This document shows, piece by piece, positions 41,555 to 56,075 of a stretch of 64,000 nucleotides of DNA. The position numbers and the translations under genes are program-made. The first letter of the stretch is position 1. Each line of letters begins with the position of its first letter. The notes beneath the pieces are model-generated. The model did not search any database and was not told the origin of the DNA. It saw only the letters and a list, made by a program, of their open reading frames with translations. Source of the DNA: Paramecium tetraurelia (Eukaryota); contig CT868185.1 of NCBI GenBank assembly GCA_000165425.1, positions 248,001 through 312,000 on the forward strand, read 5' to 3'.

Positions 41555-43228
<1,674 letters not shown>

Positions 43229-43602
43229 TTAATTAAACTATTTTTCAATTTTCTATGTTAACTTTTATTATAACATAAATTGATAGGAAACAAAAACACT
43301 TACTCAATTTGAATAAACAGAAATGATTCAATATATTTAGATAAAATTCAAATCAATACTTTAAAATATATAATTTCGAATTAAACTATTAATCATGAAG
43401 TATTTTTAAATAAAGATTAAGAGGATAGAAATTTTCATGAATATATTTTTAGTCTACAGATTATTTGCTAAATTTACAAAATTATGAAATTAGTTTTTAT
43501 AAATTTAATAAACCTCCATCTTATAGAATAGAATATAATGTTATAATGGCTATAATATTTCATTCAAACTTGATATATTCATTGTAATCTTCATTTTCGC
43601 TT

Positions 43603-44621
43603 TCATTTATTCTTTTTATAAATAATCTAGTAGGGACTTATGAGGCCAAGATGAACTCTTCTAATATTGTAGTATTCTTTGAAAATTTAGATTTCCTAAT
43701 TAGAATTGAATAATTTGACTAAACAACAATGTAACAATAGATTCTATTTCTGACCATATTTTCCTAAATATTAAGAGATAAGGATACAGGCCTCCCTTTG
43801 AAATAAGAAGAAATGAGACTCCATTTTCCCCCATATTCTTAATACAATTTAAACAGTGTTGCATCTTCTTCTTCAGTCCATGGTCCAGTATTGATTACTT
43901 GTTTTTATTTATATACCGTTCTCTAATTTGTTTACTCAAAATTATTTGAAAAATCTAAGGAACTATAGTTGTATTAATTTTTACGGGAAGCAATCATTTT
44001 CCAATTTTTTCCGTGTTTCTTGACTATTATTTCATCCTCTTCTTAAGTCCATTGTTTTAAACGACAAATATATTCAAATATAATTACAATCTTAATAGGT
44101 TGCAATCTTCTCCGTCTTTAACTAAATTATGATACATTTCTTCCTGACATATGCTTAGCAATTTCATTCCATTTTCCGTTGTATTTTTAGAACTGGATGC
44201 GTAGTTGAGCATCTTCTTTTGCATCCCATAATTTTACTACTCTTTTCTATTTAACAGTTTGTTAATTTTTTATATGTATTGAATTTTATCTGTAATAGTT
44301 GCGAGTTTTTTCCCTTTACTATACTATTAAATGAGATGGCCATTGGGTAGATATGATGTCACTAAATGAAGGATAACTTGAATTTTAGAAAACTTAGTAA
44401 GAAGAAATCTTTCTTCCTAAAATAAATTAAATTTAAAGACTTTCAAGAGATTAATATATATTTCCTTTTTTAAGGACTAATTTTGAATTATTAAGCCATT
44501 TATGGATTAATTTTCATTAGTTTCATTACTTTTTGAATTATTTAGATTGAGTTTCAATAAGAATAGTCATTTTTGGATTGTCATCCTTATTCTCGAAAAC
44601 CACTGCCATGTTGCTTTTCAT
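43603..44621 (-). pseudogene. Three-repeat Myb transcription factor, degenerate
   Basis: Myb repeats WDAKED..KWNEIA, WTQEED..NWKMIA..KQIRERY, WTEEED..KWSLIS..GRPENMVRNR. Lesions: two in-frame TGAs in the 5' part, altered conserved residues and a 65-bp insertion in repeat 3. Confidence 0.75.
43673..43739. mobile_element. Putative retained IES (internal eliminated sequence), 65 bp TA-to-TA
   Basis: Bounded by TA at 43673-74 and 43738-39; ends TATTGTTA / TATTCTTT; removal leaving one TA restores Myb NRIYYNIRRVHLG. Confidence 0.7.
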
Positions 44622-45090
44622 TCCTGCAATTGTGAAATTTTAAGTATTTATTTAATATTGTTTTTCAAGATATTTATTTAAATAAATTGCATTAATTAAT
44701 TTTCAATTTTCTTCTTATTAAAATATTTAATATCGATACTATTTTAATAATGGTTAAGTGAATTCTGCCAAAGATGGATTCTGCGTTTAAGGTTGCAATT
44801 TGCATTAATAACATTAAATTTGGGTAAATTGCAAATTTTAAGATATTGAGAAATAACCTTATATTATTAAATATTAGAAAAATATATCTACCCTATCCCT
44901 TAAATAGAGGAAAAGGCACAATTGTTTACACTTATTAGAAAATAGAAATACAAAAATACATTATTTTGAAAATTATTTTTTGATAATCCAAATTTAAAGT
45001 CTAAATAGAAGTTCAGAATGGTTAATATAAATAATAATTTATAATTTTATGGATAAAAATCTCCTCTATGAATAAACTAAAACAATCATG

Positions 45091-46762
45091 TCAATTGTAT
45101 AAGCTTCTACTTCTAAGTTGAGGGGATGTTAATAGTTTCTTACTTTTCAAACTAGCAAAACTCTTACAAACCCTTTTCGCCTTTGACTAATCATCATCTG
45201 AATCTTCCTCACTTGATTCATCATCTTCCTCATCACTACTAGATTCAGATCTAGTAGTTCTAAGCATTTTCTTTTCCAATTCAGAGGGATCCTCTGGATT
45301 CACAAAATCTAAGACCATCGAACCCTTCTTATCAAAAAAATATAAGGAGAGTGTAAATATAATTCCAAAAAATGAGATTCCTGAAAAAAAGAATCCAACG
45401 TTGGAATATCCAATTTCAGGATTATCAGATAACTCAACAATATAACCTGCTAATATAGGGAAGAAAGCCAAGGCAACACTCTCGAACATTCCTAATAAAC
45501 CAAACGCTGTTCCTACTACCTTTTCTGCAACTATGTACTATATGGATGGTATCAAAACACAGGAATATAAGGCGAAACTGGATCCCAAGAACATCAAAGG
45601 TATAATTGAGAACCAATTAGGTGATCCATGCTCTCCATTAGGCATGATTCCAAATGCAAAATGGGTTAGAGTGAAAAGAACACAGGTTATTAAAATGAAT
45701 TTTCTTCTTTTCCCTACTTTGTCTATATATGGCCCAAAAAAGGGACTGGTGATAGCTAAATTATCTCAAGAATACCTGCCATTAAATATGGTGTCGTCAA
45801 GACCTTTCCTGCTTACACATTTGTGAATTAAAATTTTTCTTATAAAAAATCATTGGCATCATCAAGAAATGGAATATAGGATCCCAATGTCAAGGTACAA
45901 ATTAAAACTAAGATCCAGAATGTTCCATTTAAATTTTTGATATCTTTAAAGGATACTCTTTCAATATCATCTTTCTATTCTTCACCTTCTTCCTCTTCTT
46001 ATTCTTCTATTATAAATTAGCCCTCTACATATTATAAAAATATACTCAGTTTATTAAGTTCATTCTTTTTATCCAATATACATAAGACTACTGCACATAT
46101 GAATGAAAAGACACACAAAATCACACTAAAAAATAGTGGATAGGTCAATCCCTCATATGATTCATAGAGTATTGGAGTAAGGAATGAGTTTGCAGCACTA
46201 GCTAATTCAGGTATGGTCATGATGTAACCAATGGCCTAAAATATAGATTTGAATAATTAAATACGGTCGACAACTCTTTTCCTCTAAACCACTTACCAAT
46301 GATGGCTGCTTATGCTATAATTAAATTTTCTGATGCACATCCAAATATTATTCTTCCTACTAACATGATCCAGAATATTTTAAATGCGCCACCCAATGCT
46401 ACAATAGTCTAAGCCACAACTACTATGGCACTAAAGAGAATAATTCCAAATCTAACACCTTATATTGAGTCAGAATTTATACCCAAAAAATCTATGATTA
46501 TTCCTCCTATCAAAGTTAAAAAAATATTTGGAAATGAGAATGCAGAATATAACAGGTTATAGTTTGAGATGGATATGTCTAGATCTTTAGTTAACTATTT
46601 TTGAAGTGCTTAGGGATTATCAAATGAATAGTTATTTCCAAACATTAAGAGACACCCAAGAATCATTATCACATATTTCAATTTAGACTCTTTTGGTTCA
46701 TCTTCTTTCTCCTCTTCATCACTCTCCTTTAAGAATGTTTTGTTGATATCATTAACCTTCAT
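45091..46762 (-). CDS. MFS transporter, MFSD1-like
   Basis: MFGNNYSFDNPQALQ, YNLLYSAFSFPNIF, GRIIFGCASE, WFRGKEL, GTAFGLLGMFES; about 12 TM; acidic tail; several tiny introns. Confidence 0.92.
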
Positions 46763-46910
46763 TGCACACTTTAATTATTGATTTAACTTATAATTTAAAT
46801 TCTTTATTATTATTAGATTCATCAATAACAATACTCTTCAAATTCTAAATTGTCTAACTAATATATAATACTACAATTTTAAACTATGATCAAATTATAA
46901 TTATTAATTT

Positions 46911-48371
46911 ATGCATTTAAGTCCTTCCATTTAAAAACGAGACTCTCCAAATGAAATTCTTAGAGCAAGAATGGAAAAGAAACCCAGTGGGAGATTTACT
47001 TTTCTTAAAACTCAATAGGAAAATACTTGTTAATAGTAAGTACAAAATAACAGAGATCGCATCAAATCTAATTTAAGAGGTATTGAATTTTGGTAATAGA
47101 TAGGATAGATTCTGCACATTCTAAATAGACCCTTGCCTGTTACCAAAGATCAAATTGAAGAATTACTAGATTTAGGCAAAAAATTAGATATAGAAATTAA
47201 TACAATGGACTCTGAATTCATTTGTCCGAATACTAAAGAATTTCATGAGAATTATGATATCTTAGAAGTATTAGGAGAAGGATGTTTAGGGTTAGTAAAG
47301 AAGATTATTCATAAAACTTCTTAAGATCTGTATGCTGTCAAAATTGTATAGACTCAAGATGATGAAATAATTAGAAATGTAATAATGAATTCAATTTTAG
47401 ATGATCATTGAGTTTAAAAGATTAATTAAGTTGTCACATGAAAACATCGTTAAAGTACATAAATTATATGTTGATTTTGATAACAGCTTCTAATCTGAAA
47501 GTAAAGCTTATGTAGTAATGGAAATTAATTGAAGGATAGGAAATGTTTGTAGTTTTAAATTCTTTGGGACATTATTGTGAAGCTGATGCTAAAGAAATCT
47601 TTAAATAGTTATTAAGTGCTATTGAATATATGCATAGAAATGGAATTTGTCATAGAGATTTAAAACCAAACAATATTCTTTGTGTAAATAGTACTAATCA
47701 TTTTGTTATTAGACAAAAAGTAAATCAAAGTGACAGACTTTAATGTGAGCAAATTTAGTGATTCATATAAGGAATTTGGAGATTTGAAGGACAGAGAGAA
47801 AATTGAAATGTGGACATATACTGGAACAGTGGCATTTTCTGCTCCTGAAATCTTCACAGGAGAAGGATACAAGTAATAGATCATTGATAAACTGTTAGTT
47901 AGATGGTTGATATGTGGAGTGCAGGGTGCATTTTATATTCAATGTTATCGGGATAATTACCATTCAATGCAGATTAGTAAATTTTGATATAATTTTAGTC
48001 TCAATGATTTGATAGATAATATTAAAGAGGCCAAGATTAACTTCCCTGTTGAATTATTTGAAGGAGTTTCAGAAGAAGCCAAAGATCTGATCACTCAATT
48101 ACTTTAAAAAGATTGGGCATTAAGACCTCATCCTGATTCTGCATTGAAACATGGATGGATTAGTGAAGATTAGAAGTTATTGGAAAGTCAAAGAAGTCTT
48201 TTAAAAAGATTAAATCATAGAAGGAATGATCCAAGATTAATTCTGAAACAGAGACACAATAAAAGATGCTAATCAATATTGCTAGGTTCTTAATAATTGA
48301 TAATTAATCTCCATTCAATGGAAATACAACAGGAAATTCATTTACAAGAGACTTAATTATAACTGTCTAAC
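46911..48371 (+). CDS. Ser/Thr protein kinase (CAMK-like); 1-nt frameshift as assembled, stop not found
   Basis: LGEGCLGLVK, YAVK, CHRDLKPNN, VTDFNVSK, GTVAFSAPE, DMWSAG. Extra A at ~47523. Frame continues without TGA into the globin locus. Confidence 0.85.
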
Positions 48372-48752
48372 ATGTGTTCTTTGATTAATTGGGAGGAGAA
48401 GCCGCCGTCACAGCAGTCACAACTAAATTCTACGCTAACATCCAAGCTGATCCAACAGTTGCCAACTTCTTCAAAGGAATCAACATGGCTGACTAAACAA
48501 ACAAGACAGCTTCATTTTTATGTGCCGCTCTTGGAGGACCAAAGGCTTGGGGAGGAAGAGTACAAAATTATATTGATATAAAAATAGAACTTAAAAGATG
48601 TCCATGCCAATATGGGAGTCACAAATGCCCAATTCACAACAGTCATCGGACATTTAAGAAGTGCCTTGACTTCTGCCGGTGTTGCTGCTGCTCTGGTTGA
48701 TTAGACTGTCGCTGTTGCTGAAACAGTCAGAAAAGACGTTGTCACAGCCTGA
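48372..48752 (+). CDS. Truncated (2/2) haemoglobin, group I, Paramecium type
   Basis: [60 protein letters not shown], 27-nt intron 48560-48586, [32 protein letters not shown]...DVVTA-TGA. The ATG at 48372 is one base out of frame. Confidence 0.95.
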
Positions 48753-50050
48753 TTATTATTATATATAATGAACATATATACAACAACATCTCTATTCGGT
48801 TTTCTACTATTTTTATTTTTTCTTCAACTCATAACTAAATTATCAACATGATTACTATTTTTATCTAATAATCGCCCTACCACCATATTCATGGTATTCA
48901 AATAGAATGATAGCATAGTTCTAAATATTATTGCAGTCTAAAAATAGTCTCAAACTGATTAAGAGTTTTCCATTAAGAAATGGAAAAACGTAAAATGTAT
49001 CTAAAATATAAAAATAAACAGCATTATAAACTTCATCCAAGATATTCACTTTTCAGTGAAAGGCAAACTTTATTTTATAATTTAACAGGGTATTAAATCA
49101 TTGAGGTGCTGTTCATTTAGAATTTTATACAAATTGCATTCTTACTAGATTTACTCTGACATAGAAATATTCATATGTATTCAACCCATTAGTGTATTTG
49201 AAAATAACTTACAGAGATTTTCAGAGATTTTCAAGAGATACTTCCACAAATATTTCGAATATATAATTTACACTATGTGATTTTCATAATATAATAGATT
49301 TTGATGATTTTATATTTTAGAGATCTTAGTTGGTCTGATAATAGCATAAATTCATAGAATATTATATGTTTACCTTTGACATGTATATTATCGAAAATGT
49401 ATGATTTATATATATACTCTCTTTCAATTTTCTATTTTATTAATTTACTTGAAGGATAAATTAATTTATGTGAAATCGTATAAAAGCGACATCCTATAAA
49501 CTGGATGTTTAAAAAAATCATTAAGATTTGTAATAATACAAACTTCTAATCTATTTAAATATGCTCTTACATTAATTAGCCCTATTAATATTCTATTAAA
49601 AACGCAAAAATTTATCAATTTACACTCATCTTAAAAAAGTTTCTTTTAGTTTTCAAATCTTATGTTAAACAAGAATGGTAATTCATATTATTTTAAATCA
49701 ATTTTTAGTCATTCGATTATTTTGAGAAATTTATTAGATCAAATTTTCTTAGGGATTGGCTGTCGCTAAAGAGTTGTTAGAGAAATATTCAAAGGTTTTA
49801 AATAAGACTCATAATTTATTTATAGTTTTAGTTAGCAATAAGGATGTAGCCATTGTGTTTATACAATTCTTATGGGTAAAATAATGAAATTGATCAATGA
49901 AATAAAAACCAAAGGATGTGATGAAACTTCACAAATTTTGATGAGTGTTTGAATTGTTGAATTTAAGAAATTGCTAATGGTTAAATTCATAATATATTGA
50001 ATATAAATATAGCAATACACTTTACTATATAGTCATTTATAATATTAATA

Positions 50051-51528
<1,478 letters not shown>

Positions 51529-51561
51529 TCATTATATTTATTTCAATAAAATCAAACTAAA

Positions 51562-52662
51562 ATGAATAACTCTCAATCTACATATAGTAACAATTCAAGA
51601 TTTGTATCTTCTCATAGAGATCCGCTTCAAAAATACAAAGAGAGTTTGAAAGAAAAATTTAAGCTGATGTATGATTAAATTGAAGAGCAAAAATTTACAA
51701 ATCCATTTGTTCTCCATGAAGGAACAATATTTCTAACAGAATAACAATCATTAAGATCCTTCTTAAATTCAACTCAAAAATTAGTCGAACTTTCTCAATT
51801 CCAAGATGAATAAATCTCTGTAAAAAGAGATAATTAAATAATACCTCTAAATGCAGAACCATGTAACTCAACCATTAAGAAAATTAGACCAAGAATATTT
51901 GATCCACCTCATTTTCCACAGCCCCTCATATTGAGTTTAGTTAAAACATCCTACATACAAAATACTCTCGAGCAACTTCATGAAAATAAGAACGGCTAAA
52001 CCAATTTTAAAGAAGATAAACTAAATCTATATACTCCAATTCAACCAATTCCAATTCAAAAACCAAAATCCTCAATTGGAACTTAAGTTAATTAAACCAT
52101 AGAACATCAAGAGCAGCAAAACGTATCAGTTTAATACAGTATTAATATAGATTAATATTAATCTTAAAATCACAGTTTTCAATCTTATATTGATAGATAT
52201 TATGATTATTAGTAATAAGAGTAGTGTATTGATAGAAAGTAAAATAAATCTGAATCTAAGTTTTAGAATGAAAATGATGATTATTTCTATATGTTTTGTT
52301 TAGAATGTTAATAATTTGTAAGAATGTACAAGAACAATCATAATTAATTCCATTAAAGACATTGTAAGACTTTAAAATATGAAAATACTTTTTCCGAATT
52401 TATAGGAAAATTCAAATACTTGTTAGTTTATGAAACTAATTAAATGAGAGACTATGATGAAAGGTGTATAAAAATAAGGAAATATTGTCATGTAGCTTCA
52501 GAAATTTGCACTGTGCTACAGAAAACGTTTTGCAACAAGAGAATTAATTAGCTGAAGGTAGATCTAATTAAAATCCATAATGAAGTTTATAAACTACATG
52601 ATACACATTCAATGAAAATCTATTAATTGTTTTAATAAATGAAGATTTAATTGGCGGTTTGA
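51562..52662 (+). CDS. Hypothetical protein
   Basis: Open frame MNNSQSTYSN... of ~366 codons with CLEC..H..H..C motif; TGA 52660-52662. Confidence 0.75.
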
Positions 52663-52739
52663 TTTTTAGGATATATATATCTATTATATATGTATAGATT
52701 AATGAACAAATGATATAAATGATCTTTTTTTTAATATTT

Positions 52740-53480
52740 TATCATAATTACACATAGCCAAAAACTAATCAAAAATAAGCAATGGAGCAAATACCTAACC
52801 TGCCTTTTTTATTCCTTTGATTATATTTTCTTCTTTATTGCGAACATTACTGGTGAAACAGTAATTTATCTATTTAGTAATTAACCTGTGATATTTATTA
52901 TTCGGAATATAATTACTCAATTGTACTTTCTAATCTCTTTAGTTTCTCTCAACACTAATTATAATTTTAAACTCTATTCTTCAAAGTAGGTATGAAAACC
53001 CAAATTTCCTTAAATTTATAGAATTGAAATGCCATCAACAGTGTTAAAATTTTTAAAGATTTGCTAGTGTATAAATTTCTTTGCTTGAGTGAATTGTTGA
53101 TCAAAGACTACTTATCCTATTAAAATAAAAATAATTTTAAGTTATCCATTTACTATCTGTTATTTCTTATCTATTTCAGAATTTGTTTCTCATCAGAATT
53201 TTAACTACTTAATTATTTATTGAATTGATAACATATTTAATTTATTTTATTTTTTCTTTAATCGACTTAAATAGGAGTTCTTTATTCTTATCATAATTAT
53301 TTTAGTATTGGTTTTAAATAACCGTTCTTTTATTTAGAATTTTAACTATTTGTTACATATAGAGCCTGCTTCATTGAACGATTTCGTGGAAAATTTTTAA
53401 TAAATTTAGCTTCAACTGGCCATAAAGCCTTCAACTTTAGGGTGAAATGATAATAATATAATTGACAATGGTAGTAACAT
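52740..53480 (-). pseudogene. Possible decayed gene / hypothetical
   Basis: Coding-like minus-strand patches broken by TGAs. Confidence 0.3.
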
Positions 53481-54485
53481 TTTTTTCAATTTTAATAGAG
53501 TAAACCAATTTTCATCTAACTTGATTTCATAAATAAATTAGTTGTTTGATCTTAACAGTTTCATTTCAATTCATTCACCATAATATCTTATTTATCTGTA
53601 ATTTTAAGGATACCACTATAGATGATTTCATTCTAAGCTTTTACAATGACTAATATCACCAATCCAACAATATAAGTATCATAAATATATATAATATAAT
53701 TTAAGTCTATTAAATATTACATTAAGTCAGGGTAGCAACGATATGTTCATTAAGATGAAGAGATGTCCCTATCAAATTTTCATCAAATTCATTATTTAAT
53801 GATCTAATAATTCATTTAACATACCTTTTCTATATTCAAAATCTATAGGATTATATATTAATTTATGCTAAAAACTCCTTTAAGGGAGAGAAAAAGCTTA
53901 TTTGATAACTTACTTCAAAGAAGAAGGTTAAGCACAAAATAGAAGTCGAGGCGTCTTAATGGAATATATCTCGAAGGAATTAGAGCCCCCTTAGATTCGA
54001 GAATTCAAAAATCACAACAATAATTCCTCAAACTAAAATAATATCATAAAAATAACCTGCTATTTATAATTTACAATTCACAATGAATAAAAACTAAGCT
54101 AAATTATAAAGGATCAATAGAAAACCCTGCAATTCATTTTATACACTTAAGTTTTATTCTAAATCTCTAGATAAATCAGAAGGAAGATAATTCAAGTGAG
54201 ATTAGCATGTATATAACTATAAATTTTATCAAAGTATTTTTTTAAATAATCTGCATAATGAAAAGGTTGAAAATAATAATTGATATTTATTTAAGCTTAG
54301 GGTCTTTTTTTATTTAAACTATTAATTTTTTATATAGCTCAAGAATCAATTTAAATTATAAATTACAGATTTTAAACATAGAGAATTCATCATTATTAAT
54401 GCAAGAAACAGTCATGCTTATGAGTTCAAATAGATTGACAATTAAATTTACATTAAGTATTTGAAATATACAAATTACTTATAAA

Positions 54486-54896
54486 TCACATAAGTTTACA
54501 GTAATTAAATTTCCCATATTTATCACATTCATGCTCATCCTTCATTCTATGTTTTAAGCATACTAACCTTTTACAAGAAGTACAATAAAATTTATTAAGG
54601 TCATTTAATGTGATTTTACATTGTGGACATTTTGATTTTTCTATATTAATCTTCTAACAGACATGTTACTTCAAAACATCGATTTCAAATTCAGTAGAAA
54701 GGTAATTTATAACTTAACTGCACTAATTACATTTAAGAGCTTTCCTTTCTGCAAATTAAAATGGACATTCATGTTCTTTTAATTCCTTGTGTTCTAAACA
54801 AAATTTTCTATTGCATAAAGTACACTTAAAAGGCAAGAAATCTCTTCTTTTGCAATATTAAACATCACATCTTTCCATTTGATCATCTAAATTCAT
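54486..54896 (-). CDS. AN1-type zinc finger protein (ZFAND2/AIRAP-like) with CaaX-like end
   Basis: [35 protein letters not shown] and a second AN1 finger [21 protein letters not shown]; ends CKLM-TGA. Confidence 0.9.
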
Positions 54897-54969
54897 TTTA
54901 GTTTTTGACAATAATTTGTGTTAATAAAAAGTATTTTTTAAATTAAATTCTAGAAGAATAATAAATAGA

Positions 54970-55164
54970 ATGAACTAAAATCCAAACTTTTTTATATCAA
55001 TCAAGTTTAAAGAAAAGAAGGTTGATTTGATAGAAGTACAAGATAAAACAGATGCTGCTCTGTTAGCCATAGAATTTTGCTAACAACACCCAGAATATTT
55101 GGAATACCGATACCGATTGATGAAAGTAATTGAAGCTATAATTTTACTTCATAAATTTAAATGA
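54970..55164 (+). CDS. Small hypothetical protein (64 aa)
   Basis: MNQNPNFFISIKFKEKKVDLIEVQDKTDAALLAIEFCQQHPEY...KFK-TGA; fills the space between neighbours. Confidence 0.6.
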
Positions 55165-55176
55165 ATTAAGTTGAGA

Positions 55177-56016
55177 TCATTAAATTTTCTTCTTAACCTT
55201 TTTCATAGGGCAATCAGAGCCTTTAGGATGCCTTCCTGTGATACCGCATGAAGGGCAGAGTTTATCTTTTTTTTCTTTTTAATTAGAATCCGCTAAAGAA
55301 GGGATTGTTTTACTGTTGATATTACATACATCCTCATAATGTCCAAACTAATTACATTTTTTGCATTAAACTTGTCTCATTAAGAAGCCCTATTTTGATT
55401 TTGAATTGTTTAAATGTGTTTATTGTGATTCTCTATTTTAATTTTTCCATTCTGTCTTGAAACCTTCAGAACATTCAGGATATAAACAAAGTAATTGAGA
55501 TTTTTATTAAAAAGTTGAATTTTCAGAATATTCAGTTTGAAATATATTCGAATTACATTTTCTACATTTTTTATCTGTTCTCTATATAGATTTAATGTAA
55601 TCAGGTAAAAATATTGCTTAATTGCATTAAGGATAACCAAGACAACCAAAAAAATAGGAATTCTTTAATTTGGATTATCTTATTTTCATTTAGTTTTAAC
55701 ACTAGTTGCATTTAAATGTTTCTTCAAAATTTGAACTTTTGAAAAATTTTTATTGAAAATTAGATGTATTATTGTTTTAAGATTTAGGTTAAAAATTAGA
55801 CATACTATTATAATTTTAAGATTGAGGTTGATAATTCTATATACTATTAAAATTTTAAGATTTTTCTTAACCTAAACAACATTTTAAACAAATTTCTAGG
55901 AATGTTCCATTAATTTATTTAATTTCAACTAATTATGTACCACATATATTACAGAATTACGAATAATTCTATTAGTATACTTATTGTTATTACTATTATT
56001 ATTATTATTACTATTA

Positions 56017-56075
<59 letters not shown>

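Noticed and set aside
43936..43968. Second possible IES in Myb repeat 2 (TATAGTTC...GAGTA)
   Set aside because: Excision does not restore the frame; a GTAAAA...TAG intron explains the segment better.
48372..48581. ORF-track 69-aa protein [10 protein letters not shown]
   Set aside because: It is the off-frame reading of the truncated haemoglobin gene.
49211..49240. Short tandem cagagatttt repeat
   Set aside because: Only 2-3 copies in AT-rich intergenic DNA; no supportable function.
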